From an uncultured archaeon (GTDB taxonomy: Archaea > Iainarchaeota > Iainarchaeia > Iainarchaeales > JAAZKV01): DNA of 64,000 nt. The stretch covers positions 5,606-69,605 of the forward strand of contig CABMEU010000024.1 of the NCBI GenBank assembly GCA_902385225.1, written 5' to 3'. Both the position numbers and the translations under genes were made by a program. Positions 18,006-26,772 of the stretch are shown here, piece after piece. The notes beneath the pieces are model-generated. The model saw only the letters and a list, made by a program, of their open reading frames with translations. It did not search any database and was not told the DNA's origin. Each line of letters begins with the position of its first letter. Position 1 is the stretch's first letter.

Positions 18006-19595
18006 ATGGAGAGCCTAAAAGTCCTTAACAAGAATAACCTGAACTTATCGGTTGTTGTGCATTCACCAAGGTACCCCGTAAGCTCCCCGCTTGTGCTGCT
18101 TTTGCACGGCTTTACAGGATACAAGGGAGAAGCGCATATAGAAACTCTCGCCGAGCTCTTGGCAAGAAACGGTTTCTTCGCGGTTAGGTTTGACTGCTCG
18201 GGCTCCGGGGCAAGCGAGGGAACGATTGAGAATGATTATCGGTTTTCTAATTATCTAAGCGATATTGAAGTAGTGCTTGATTTTGTCAAAACTCTTCCAA
18301 ACGTTGACAAAAACAGAATGGGTATTTGGGGGCACAGCATGGGGGGACAGCTCGCATGCATTTTTGCTTCCACTCATCCCGAAATAAAATCTCTTTGCGC
18401 AGTTTCTTCTCCTTCAGTTTTCATTCTGCCTCCTGAAGATATGGAGCAAATGAAGAAATCAGGTTTTTTTGAAAAAGAGAGTCCTGTGCTTGGAAAGATA
18501 AAAATTCCCGCTGCTTTTTTTGATGACCGCGCAAAATATGACGCGTCAAAAGCGGTTCGAAATTTGTTAATCCCAAAATTAATTATTTGGGGGACAAATG
18601 ATACCGTCTGCCCCGCGGAGAGAACTAAACTGATTTTTGATTCAGCAGCCAAGCCAAAGAAGAAAATTATATTTGATGGAATGGGCCATGATTACAAGAA
18701 CTACCCTGAAATGCTTGAGAAAGTAAATGATACTGTGCTGAATTTTTTTGGAGAAACGCTAATCAACAAAGACCCTTCCTCATCACAAACAACACCAGCC
18801 GCCGCCCAAGTACCAAAGCCTCTTGAAAAAATCGCCCTTGCTTACTCTGTTGCGGATCCCGCGGGAATGCTAATTGCGGAGAAAATAAAAGAAATTGGTG
18901 TCCCGAACTGGGCTGTGATGTATGAACTTGAAAGGGATATTGTTTTTATTGACCCCGCGAAAATAAAAGAAAATAAAATTGTTTTTCTCTCAAGGCATAA
19001 AAGCGAAGTCGGGACAAAATCCCTTACCGTGCACATGATTGGGAATTTTGATGACGCAAAATTCGGCGGAAGAACTAGGGAGCTTGCCGGCGCTCTTCCC
19101 CAGATTGGGGCGAATTATTTGCGCGCATTAAATGAAAAGAATGTCTCAAGCACTCTTTCAAAGCAGGGCTTTGTTGTTTCTCTTGAAGTGACTCATCATG
19201 GTCCGATGACGCAGAAGAAATGCGTTTTCATTGAGCTTGGAAGCGCCCCGGTTGACTGGAAGAATGAAACCGCCGCAAGGCTTATCGCTGAGACAGTGAT
19301 TGAGGCTACTATGAAAGAAACCAAGGACAAAGTGGTAATTGGTTTTGGGGGAGGGCACTACTCTCCTGATTTTACAAAACTCTCTCTGCGCAAAAATTAT
19401 GCTTTCGGCCACATATGCCCAAAGCACCAGCTCCACAATCTCAACAAAGCCCTAATTCAGCAGATGATTGAAAGAAGCGGGGCGCAGGAAATTGTTCTTG
19501 ACTGGAAAGGATTAAAAGAAAATAAAGAAAGAGTGCTTGAGTTATGCAAGCGCACAATGCTGCCTGTTGAAAGAGTGCAGAATTTGCTTAAATAA
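18006..19595 (+). CDS. Fusion of an alpha/beta hydrolase and archaeal D-aminoacyl-tRNA deacylase (DTD2)
   Basis: LHGFTG, GHSMGG, GTND, GHD in the N-half; SRHKS, SLTVH, EVTHHGP, FIELGS, GGGHY in the C-half. Confidence 0.88.
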   Translation: MESLKVLNKNNLNLSVVVHSPRYPVSSPLVLLLHGFTGYKGEAHIETLAELLARNGFFAVRFDCSGSGASEGTIENDYRFSNYLSDIEVVLDFVKTLPNVDKNRMGIWGHSMGGQLACIFASTHPEIKSLCAVSSPSVFILPPEDMEQMKKSGFFEKESPVLGKIKIPAAFFDDRAKYDASKAVRNLLIPKLIIWGTNDTVCPAERTKLIFDSAAKPKKKIIFDGMGHDYKNYPEMLEKVNDTVLNFFGETLINKDPSSSQTTPAAAQVPKPLEKIALAYSVADPAGMLIAEKIKEIGVPNWAVMYELERDIVFIDPAKIKENKIVFLSRHKSEVGTKSLTVHMIGNFDDAKFGGRTRELAGALPQIGANYLRALNEKNVSSTLSKQGFVVSLEVTHHGPMTQKKCVFIELGSAPVDWKNETAARLIAETVIEATMKETKDKVVIGFGGGHYSPDFTKLSLRKNYAFGHICPKHQLHNLNKALIQQMIERSGAQEIVLDWKGLKENKERVLELCKRTMLPVERVQNLLK

Positions 19596-20171
19596 TTATT
19601 TCTTTGTGATATAAAATTCTTTGAACTTTCTTACAGCAATTCCTCTTGCGCTTAAGGAATTCTTTTTCTGTTTGCTCATCTCGGCAAAAGTTTTTGTTTG
19701 CCCTTCGGGAAGAAATATGGGGTCCCAGTCAAAACTTGATTCTCCCCGCGGGGAAACTATCTTTCCTTTTATTGTTCCCTCAAAAAAAGTGATTTCCTTT
19801 CCGTTTGAGTAACCAAGAATTACTTTGGCTTCTGCTCCGAATAAACCGAGTTTTTTCACCATTTCATAAATCCCTTTTTTTCCAAGAGCCTTTATGAACC
19901 ATTTTATTAGCGGACCCGGAAGCTTCCACAAAAAAGCCTCAAGAAGAACTGAAGTATCCTCAACCAAAAATTCCCCCGTATGATATTTCATCGCCTCAAT
20001 TAGCTTATGTTTTATTACTTCCTGCGGACTAATGCTTTGTATTTCATCAAGCTCTGCTTCAAGCTTGTAAACCTTTACCTGCGGAGAAAGAATTTCATCA
20101 AACTCACTAAACTTATGCGCATTCCCCGTGATAAAATATAGTGTCATCTCAAATTCCTCCTTCATTTCCAC
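19596..20171 (-). CDS. Non-canonical purine NTP pyrophosphatase (HAM1/RdgB family)
   Basis: ITGNAHKF, EDTS, PGPLIK, FDWDPIF and KNSLSAR motifs. Confidence 0.93.
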   Translation of the reverse strand: MEMKEEFEMTLYFITGNAHKFSEFDEILSPQVKVYKLEAELDEIQSISPQEVIKHKLIEAMKYHTGEFLVEDTSVLLEAFLWKLPGPLIKWFIKALGKKGIYEMVKKLGLFGAEAKVILGYSNGKEITFFEGTIKGKIVSPRGESSFDWDPIFLPEGQTKTFAEMSKQKKNSLSARGIAVRKFKEFYITKK

Positions 20172-20821
20172 TCGTCTAAATATTTCTTTACTGAATTTGA
20201 ATTAATGTCTTCCGGCAGAATCGTTAGTTTCTCAAACAGCTCTTTCTCAATCTCTTTCATCGCAACAGTAAATTTGCGCGAGAACTCTTTGTGCGCCTCA
20301 TCCCTATTAAGATTATATCTCTTGTTTCCCTCGGCAAGCCTCTCCTCAAGCGATACTACCCCGTGGGGAGAGCACCGCATATCCGCGTAAAGAATAATTC
20401 TCTCTTCAAATTTTTTATTCCAATTTTTTGCAAACGCCTTGACTTCTTTGCTTTCCAGAAGTTCAATAACTTTTTTTGGGGCACCGATTTCGCGGGCAAT
20501 TTTTGTATTTGCAATGTTATCGTCAGAACCGTACTTTGCGATGAACTCTTTTTTTGTTTCCTTAAAAAAATCTATTTTTGCCTGGTCCGCCAAATCAAGC
20601 AAACAGATGTTCTCGCCGTCAAGTTTCATTTTTATAAACTGCCCAAGGTCGTGAATAATCGCTGCTGCAACAATATTCTCTTTGTCAACCTTTATTTTGG
20701 AGTTATCGCAAATCAGGGCTGCAACCGCTGCGACCTGCTTCATATGCCTTGCGAGATTTTGAGGGGAGTGGTATTTTTTGTAAATAGAATTTATCGATTT
20801 GATTATCTCGCTGCTTTCCAT
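20162..20821 (-). CDS. HD-domain phosphohydrolase
   Basis: RHMKQV, AAIIHDLG and YAD motifs. Confidence 0.8.
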   Translation of the reverse strand: MESSEIIKSINSIYKKYHSPQNLARHMKQVAAVAALICDNSKIKVDKENIVAAAIIHDLGQFIKMKLDGENICLLDLADQAKIDFFKETKKEFIAKYGSDDNIANTKIAREIGAPKKVIELLESKEVKAFAKNWNKKFEERIILYADMRCSPHGVVSLEERLAEGNKRYNLNRDEAHKEFSRKFTVAMKEIEKELFEKLTILPEDINSNSVKKYLDEWK

Positions 20822-20846
20822 AACATAGATTCCTTTGGAAAGTAAT

Positions 20847-21719
20847 TTATTCTTTGGCGTGGGCTCTTCCTTGATTTTTCATGCCCGTAGTGCAGGTATT
20901 TTTTAGCTGTCCGCATCCCGCTGATTCAATTTTTCCTGTTGAGACAAACCTCGTTGTACTAATGTCTTCTTTCGCCAAAATCTCTTCAAATCGCGCTATC
21001 CTCTCTTCAGGCGATTTTTCAAGTCCGTTGCACTCATTTAATTCGCTTAACTTGACGACAAATCCTTTTCCTTTGATTAATTCAGCCAGTTCATGCGCGC
21101 ACTCAATTGAGTCATTGAGGTCTTTTATCAGAACATAATTAATCTTTGGAATTACTTTCTTCTTTTCTGCAAAATAACTAAGTGCATTAAGCGCAGAATC
21201 AATATTTCCCGCAAATGGAAGTATTTTTTTTCTAAGTTGCTCATTTGGCGCGTGAAGGGACAAATGGAGATTAACTTTCACGTCTAATTTTTCCTCGGCA
21301 AGTTTCTTTATCAGTTCGGGGTTATTCCCAATGGTGGATATTGTTACTCTTGACTGAGGATACTCAGAGGTAAGCTGTTTTATGCTTAGGACCAAATTAT
21401 CATAATTCAAGAATGGCTCTCCTATTCCCATAAATGAGAATAGTATTGGTCTTTCGCATAATTCGCTTATTGAGTTTAGTACATTCTTTGCCTGCTCAAC
21501 TATTTCCTTAGAAGAAATATTTCTAGAAAGGGTTGATTCCTGCGTTGAGGTGCTTGAGCAGAAGATGCATCGCATTGGGCAGGAAAATTGAGTAGAGAGA
21601 CAGATTATTTCCTCTTCTTCAAGATAAAAACCCGTTTCAATAAGGTCGCCGGAGGACGACCGTTGAACGCACTTAAGAATCCGGGAATCAAAGTTAATTA
21701 TTGACTTAACTACTTCCAT
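20847..21719 (-). CDS. RlmN/Cfr-like radical SAM protein, N-terminally short
   Basis: ICLSTQFSCPMRCIFC, FMGIGEP, LSLHAP, NYVLI and GCGQL motifs. Confidence 0.85.
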   Translation of the reverse strand: MEVVKSIINFDSRILKCVQRSSSGDLIETGFYLEEEEIICLSTQFSCPMRCIFCSSTSTQESTLSRNISSKEIVEQAKNVLNSISELCERPILFSFMGIGEPFLNYDNLVLSIKQLTSEYPQSRVTISTIGNNPELIKKLAEEKLDVKVNLHLSLHAPNEQLRKKILPFAGNIDSALNALSYFAEKKKVIPKINYVLIKDLNDSIECAHELAELIKGKGFVVKLSELNECNGLEKSPEERIARFEEILAKEDISTTRFVSTGKIESAGCGQLKNTCTTGMKNQGRAHAKE

Positions 21720-21793
21720 ATCTATATGTGTCTTTCTTATATAAAAAACTTAACTTTGGCTAAAAAAAATGAATAAGCTGGAAAATAGCAAAT

Positions 21794-22375
21794 TTACTCA
21801 AAACTAATTCCTTTTGACTCGATTAATTCAAATCCATCGCCTTTTTGTTCAAGCACAATAAAAGCGCAGTCCTCAGTTTTTGAGATTTTTTTCATTAAGT
21901 GTTCCTCAGATATTCTTCTCAATGGGCCAGAGTGTGTGACTATCGCAATGTCCTCATCGGAATCATTCACAACCGTTCGAAACGCCCCAAGCACTCTGCC
22001 CTTAAACGCGTCAAATCTCTCAGAGAGTTTTACCTTGTGATTTACTCCGCTTGCAAGTTCCTTTACGTCAAACGGGAGTTTTTCAGCGGCCTCTTTTTTT
22101 GTTAAACCTGTGAGTACCCCGTAATTATTTCTTTCCCTTAAATTGTCCACAAACTTAATGGGCGCGTGAATTTTCTCCGAGAGTATTTGTGATGTAGCTG
22201 CGGCTCTTTTTCGCGGGCTTGAATAAATAATTTTTATGCCCCTGTCCGAAAATTTTTCGGCTAATTCCTTTGCCTGAGTAGTTCCTTTTTGGGTAAGTTC
22301 ATCATCATAATCCCCGCCGTATCGGTCCTCAACATCACCTGTTGTTTCGCCGTGCCTGATTAAGTAAATTTTCAT
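21794..22375 (-). CDS. Histidine phosphatase family protein
   Basis: IRHGET, SSPRKRA, LRERNNYG and THSG motifs. Confidence 0.9.
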   Translation of the reverse strand: MKIYLIRHGETTGDVEDRYGGDYDDELTQKGTTQAKELAEKFSDRGIKIIYSSPRKRAAATSQILSEKIHAPIKFVDNLRERNNYGVLTGLTKKEAAEKLPFDVKELASGVNHKVKLSERFDAFKGRVLGAFRTVVNDSDEDIAIVTHSGPLRRISEEHLMKKISKTEDCAFIVLEQKGDGFELIESKGISFE

Positions 22376-22413
22376 AAGTAAAACTTGGGGCAGAGAATTT
22401 TTATTTTTGTGCG

Positions 22414-23322
22414 CTACAATAAAGTCTCAAATATTTTCTTTCCCTGTATGCTTTCAAGGAAATTAAAGTGTTCATCAACGCCTTTTTGTATGTTTTCCAT
22501 CTGCTCTGGATTTAAGTGCTTGAATCTTCCCTGCATCATTAGGTACTCGTGTACTGGTTTCTTCGCTTCGGGTTTTGAGGTAATTGTTAATACCCCGTTC
22601 TCTATCTCAAATAGAGGGAAAACGTTTGTCTCAAATGCTTTTTTTGCAACATCAAGTGTTGAGGACGCGTCAATCTTCCAGCCGGGAACGCATGGGACAA
22701 GCACTTCAATATATGTTGGTCCGTTTATGCTCAGCGCCTTTTGCACTTTCTTTTTTAAGTCAAATAAATTTGTTACGCTTGCGGTTGCGACATATTTCGC
22801 TCCGTGAGCAGCGAGTATGAATGGAAGCGGTTTTTTCACACCAGCTTTTCCGTTAATTACTTTTCCCGCAGGAGTAGTTGTTGTGGAAGTGTATTCGGGT
22901 GTTGCTCCGCTTCTCTGAATTCCTGTGTTCATGTATGCTTCGTTATTTGTGCAGACATACAAAAAGTTTGTTCCTCTTTCAAATGCCCCGCTTAGCGAGC
23001 CAAACCCAATGTCATATGTCGCTCCGTCTCCGCCTATTGCAACTACTTTTGTCTCTTTGTCCCCTTTCATATTGAGTGACGCCCTTACTCCGCTCGCAAC
23101 AGCAGCTGCGTTTTCAAATGCGCAGTGCACCCATGGAACTTCCCAGGATGTTTCAGGATATGGTGTTGATACTACTTCCATGCACCCTGTCGCCTGCACT
23201 ACAACTATTTTTTCGCCCGCGGCTTTCAGCACATGCCTTAGCGCGATTGCCTCTCCGCATCCTGCGCATGCGCGGTGCCCGCTTGAAAAGAATTCTTTTT
23301 CCTCAAATCCCAATATTGCCAT
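22414..23322 (-). CDS. porB: Pyruvate:ferredoxin oxidoreductase beta subunit
   Basis: GHRACAGC, ATGC, GGDG...NEAYMNTG TPP motif, PCVPGW; start at MAILG. Confidence 0.93.
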   Translation of the reverse strand: MAILGFEEKEFFSSGHRACAGCGEAIALRHVLKAAGEKIVVVQATGCMEVVSTPYPETSWEVPWVHCAFENAAAVASGVRASLNMKGDKETKVVAIGGDGATYDIGFGSLSGAFERGTNFLYVCTNNEAYMNTGIQRSGATPEYTSTTTTPAGKVINGKAGVKKPLPFILAAHGAKYVATASVTNLFDLKKKVQKALSINGPTYIEVLVPCVPGWKIDASSTLDVAKKAFETNVFPLFEIENGVLTITSKPEAKKPVHEYLMMQGRFKHLNPEQMENIQKGVDEHFNFLESIQGKKIFETLL

Positions 23323-23380
23323 AAAAATCACTATTTTTGTGACCCTCAAATTTCTGCTGAAATTCTCGGTGCCATAACAA

Positions 23381-23752
23381 TCATTTCCCTCTTTTTTTTC
23401 TTGAAGCCCTTGCATCACTTAATTCTGCCGCCTTTTTCTTTCTCGCAAGTATAATTTTTCTCGCCTTCGCAATTTCTTTCAGGGCTTGAACAAGTCTCCT
23501 GGAATCACCTTTCATGGGTTTCCTTGGTTCTTTTAGGAGCCATCCAATAGATGAATATTCCATAGGCTTTTTTAGTCCCAGCGCTTTGAGAACTTCCGGC
23601 TTTGCCAAAAGGTTTCTGTTCAATTTATCCCTAACCATTCTATCTTCCCAGCCAAGACCGCTTTTGCCGGAGAGAGGAATTATTCTTTGTTTTGGCGGAG
23701 TTCTTCCCGGAGAATACCACCAAACATCCATTCGTCTTCCAGCTCTAACCAT
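23381..23752 (-). CDS. Basic hypothetical protein inserted between porA and porB
   Basis: 123-aa Arg/Lys-rich ORF starting 4 nt after the porA stop. Confidence 0.65.
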   Translation of the reverse strand: MVRAGRRMDVWWYSPGRTPPKQRIIPLSGKSGLGWEDRMVRDKLNRNLLAKPEVLKALGLKKPMEYSSIGWLLKEPRKPMKGDSRRLVQALKEIAKARKIILARKKKAAELSDARASRKKRGK

Positions 23753-23756
23753 AATA

Positions 23757-24902
23757 TCACTTCAGCCAGTACCCTTTCTTCCCCCTAATTATTGCTTCAA
23801 ACGCGTCGTGGAGTTTTGCCTTGCTAATATCTCTTCCGCCAAGTCCGGCAACGAATTCTTCAACAATAACTTTTTGTCCGTTTAGCGCGCTTTTCACATC
23901 GTTGCTTAGCGCTCCGCCAAATCCAATGGAGGCGTGTCTGTCAATTACTCCAAGTATTTTTATTTTTTTTACCGCATTCTTTAGCTGTTCTTTTGGGAAA
24001 GGTCTCATTGATTTTATTCTTATAATTCCGGCTTTTTTCTTTTTCTTTGTAAGTTCCGCAACTACTTCTCGCGCGGTGCCTGTTGTTCCGCCCACAGTAA
24101 TCAACGCGTATTCTGCGTCTTTCATTTCAATTAATTCAATTAGCCCGTTTCCATATTCTCTTCCGAATTTCTTCGCGAATTCTTTGTGCACTTGCTCAAT
24201 CACTTTTTCAGCTTCGCTCATTGCTATTTCTTCCGCTTCTTTGAATTCAAAGTAAGTATTTGGGAACGCGATTGCCCCGATTGTGACTGGTTTTTTTGGG
24301 TCAAGCATTACGCTTGGTTTATACTCGGGTAGAAACGCATCAACTTTTTGTGCGTCCTCTATCTGCACTGGCTCATATACGTGGCTTAGGGAGAACCCGT
24401 CAATGCAAATCATTACTGGGAGTGAAACTTTTTCAGTCTCAGCAATTTTAAACGCCATTATTGTTGTATCGAATGCTTCCTGCGCGGTTTCGCAGTAGAG
24501 CTGTATCCACCCTTGGTCTCTCTCGCTCATTGCGTCAGAGTGATCGTTCCAGATATTCAGCGGTCCTGAGAGTGCGCGGTTTGCTACTGCCATCACTGCG
24601 GGAAATCTTGATGCGGAGATTATTGGAAGTATTTCGTGCATTAGTGCTAATCCCTGCGAGGCGGTTGCGGTAAATGAGCGTAAGCCCGTAGCGTATATTC
24701 CAAATAAAGCGCTTATTGCGCTGTGTTCGCTTTCAACATAAATTATTTCAGCGTTTAATTCGCCGTTGTTCACAAATTCTGAGAGTCTTTCAGGAACAAG
24801 CGTGCTTGGGGTAATCGGGTACATTGGTAAAACTTTTGGTTTGCACAGCTTTACTGCCTGCGCAATCGCATCCGCTCCCGAAATTACTTTTATTTCTGCC
24901 AT
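23757..24902 (-). CDS. porA: Pyruvate:ferredoxin oxidoreductase alpha subunit
   Basis: YPITP, VESEHSA, TATASQGL, NRAL and GLGGRD motifs. Confidence 0.95.
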   Translation of the reverse strand: MAEIKVISGADAIAQAVKLCKPKVLPMYPITPSTLVPERLSEFVNNGELNAEIIYVESEHSAISALFGIYATGLRSFTATASQGLALMHEILPIISASRFPAVMAVANRALSGPLNIWNDHSDAMSERDQGWIQLYCETAQEAFDTTIMAFKIAETEKVSLPVMICIDGFSLSHVYEPVQIEDAQKVDAFLPEYKPSVMLDPKKPVTIGAIAFPNTYFEFKEAEEIAMSEAEKVIEQVHKEFAKKFGREYGNGLIELIEMKDAEYALITVGGTTGTAREVVAELTKKKKKAGIIRIKSMRPFPKEQLKNAVKKIKILGVIDRHASIGFGGALSNDVKSALNGQKVIVEEFVAGLGGRDISKAKLHDAFEAIIRGKKGYWLK

Positions 24903-24915
24903 AATAATCAATTCC

Positions 24916-25329
24916 TTAATCAATTTGTCTTACAACCGGCTCCTTAAGATTGACTGTAAATCTTCCCATTGGTCTCTCTCCCTGCTCTCCAACAAGCTTT
25001 ATTATTTGAAACATTATTTTCCCAGCATCAGTCCCTGAGCGGATTACCTCATATTGGTATCTTCCTTCAGAATCCCTTGCATTGACTATTTGTTTTCCAT
25101 CTTTCAATTGCTGAATTAATCCTTCCACAATACCTCTGTGCATTGGCGGCCTCCATTTGAATTGTCCTTTGAACCTAAATGCTGATTGCTGTGCATGACT
25201 ATTATTGGACTGAGTTGAGTTCTCAGTTCGGGCAAGTGAATGCTGTCTAAGCCTCTCTGCGTGTTCCCTGCGTGCAGCTGCCTCGCGAAATTCCTTTGCA
25301 GACTTTACCCCAAATGCTTTTACTGCCAT
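24916..25329 (-). CDS. Basic hypothetical protein inserted between porD and porA
   Basis: 137-aa ORF on the same strand with tight spacing; no recognised domain. Confidence 0.65.
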   Translation of the reverse strand: MAVKAFGVKSAKEFREAAARREHAERLRQHSLARTENSTQSNNSHAQQSAFRFKGQFKWRPPMHRGIVEGLIQQLKDGKQIVNARDSEGRYQYEVIRSGTDAGKIMFQIIKLVGEQGERPMGRFTVNLKEPVVRQID

Positions 25330-25351
25330 AAATATTCAATCCATTTTTTTA

Positions 25352-25717
25352 TTACTTTTCCTCTACCACATACGGGATGCATTTTACCGGGCACTCTTTT
25401 GTACACAAGAGGCATCCCTTGCAATAGTCATGATTTATTTCAAATTTTCCGTCCTCTTTTCTCTGCTTTATCGCGGCGTCGGGGCAGACCATCCAGCATC
25501 TTCCGCACTTAATACATCTCGTAAGGTCGATTGTGGGCTTAAATGTTCTCCACTCCCCTGTTTTGTATTTTTTTGTTGAGCCTGGCTCAAATATTACCGC
25601 ACCCTTAGTTAATTGGGCGCTTGGTTTTAAGGTTTGCGAAGTCATGCAGGTGCACTCTTTTGACCCTTTGCAGGAGCATTCTCTCGAATTTTTCTTTTTA
25701 GTTTCGCTTTTAGCCAT
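25352..25717 (-). CDS. porD: Pyruvate:ferredoxin oxidoreductase delta subunit
   Basis: TGEWRTFKP, CIKCGRCWMVCP and YCKGCLLCTKECP (2x 4Fe-4S). Confidence 0.93.
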   Translation of the reverse strand: MAKSETKKKNSRECSCKGSKECTCMTSQTLKPSAQLTKGAVIFEPGSTKKYKTGEWRTFKPTIDLTRCIKCGRCWMVCPDAAIKQRKEDGKFEINHDYCKGCLLCTKECPVKCIPYVVEEK

Positions 25718-25755
25718 ATTACCCAAATCCTAAATATTAAAACTTCCAAAGCATT

Positions 25756-26289
25756 TTACTTCTTCGAAATCGCGTGCACCTCAATTATCGCGGCAAGGTT
25801 TTTTTCAACCATTGTTCCTTTTGAGCCCATCTGCTGTTTTATCGCTTCTTCAAGCCCCTTAAGCGATACTTGTTTTGTAATCGCTGAGAATGCTCCAAGA
25901 GCCGCGATATTTACAAACGGTTTTCCTATAACTTTTAGCGCAATGTTTGTGATATCAACGCATTTAATTTTTGCTTTTGTGTTTAATCCGAGCTCTTCGG
26001 GTTTTTTATTAGTGTTAACAATAATTAAGTCATTTACTTTCTCATCAAAGCTTTTAGCCAGAGTCGGGTCAAGTATTATCGCATAATCCGCTTCGTATAC
26101 CTGCTCCCGCACTGTAATTGGTTTAGTATCAATTCGGCAGTAGCTCTTTACTGGCGCCCCCATTCGCTCTACTCCAAAATTTGGAAATGCCTGCGAGTGC
26201 ATGCCGTCCTTAAATGCCGCTACCGCAAGGATTTGGGAGCTTGTAACCGCACCCTGCCCCCCGCGTCCAAGAACAATTATTTGTTTCAT
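25756..26289 (-). CDS. porG: Pyruvate:ferredoxin oxidoreductase gamma subunit
   Basis: GRGGQG, AFPNFGVERMGAPV and NIAALGA motifs. Confidence 0.95.
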   Translation of the reverse strand: MKQIIVLGRGGQGAVTSSQILAVAAFKDGMHSQAFPNFGVERMGAPVKSYCRIDTKPITVREQVYEADYAIILDPTLAKSFDEKVNDLIIVNTNKKPEELGLNTKAKIKCVDITNIALKVIGKPFVNIAALGAFSAITKQVSLKGLEEAIKQQMGSKGTMVEKNLAAIIEVHAISKK

Positions 26290-26380
26290 TTAATTCACTA
26301 AAGGCAATTATTCTGCTTTACACTAGCTGGGATTAAACCCGCATAGTGCTTTTGCAGTTACTACTTTAACATCTCAAGCC

Positions 26381-26426
26381 TTTATAAAATATACCCCAAA
26401 AACGAACACGAATACGGCAATTGACG
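26381..26426 (-). promoter_or_regulatory. por promoter: TATA box plus conserved upstream motif (copy 1)
   Basis: TATA at 26381-26389; CGAA at 26403; TACGGCAATTGACG at 26413-26426. Confidence 0.7.
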
Positions 26427-26504
26427 AGGGTTTCTCTTGCTTCTCCTTAGGGGATTTCATTGGGCAGAAATTAGTAAAATTACAAAAAGCGTTCCCGCGT
26501 TAAG

Positions 26505-26514
26505 TTTATTAAAA
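26505..26514 (+). promoter_or_regulatory. TATA box of the leu-ilv leader transcript
   Basis: TTTATTAAAA ending 20 nt before the leader ATG at 26535, which fits a near-leaderless start. Confidence 0.6.
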
Positions 26515-26534
26515 GAGAGCCGTACTTTAATATC

Positions 26535-26606
26535 ATGAACTCGGGAAATTTTGTTACAAAAACTATTTCTGTCTTAGTCCTTGGGTTAGTCTTGCTGCTA
26601 GAATAG
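26535..26606 (+). CDS. Putative leu/ilv leader peptide (23 aa)
   Basis: MNSGNFVTKTISVLVLGLVLLLE*; 11 of 23 residues are Leu/Val/Ile; directly upstream of leuA. Confidence 0.75.
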   Translation: MNSGNFVTKTISVLVLGLVLLLE

Positions 26607-26645
26607 CGGGGACTTCAAGGCTTGCAACCGAGGGGTTCTTTTTTT
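26588..26645 (+). terminator. Putative attenuator: alternative hairpins followed by a T-tract
   Basis: Hairpins 26588-26614 and 26608-26640 share GGGGACT; T7 run at 26639-26645. Confidence 0.6.
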
Positions 26646-26772
26646 AATAGCGCCAAAATATCGCGTTGATTATTTTTTTCATCCGCATGCGCAGTATTTA
26701 ATTAAAATAAAATTGTGAATAAAAAAAAAGAATTTTGAGGTATGTGAAGGTTGCAAAAAGGATGTGTTTATT

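Noticed and set aside
20847..21719. Calling the radical SAM gene a cfr resistance gene or a viperin
   Set aside because: Motifs fit the RlmN/Cfr family generally rather than viperin, and C2 versus C8 specificity cannot be judged by eye.
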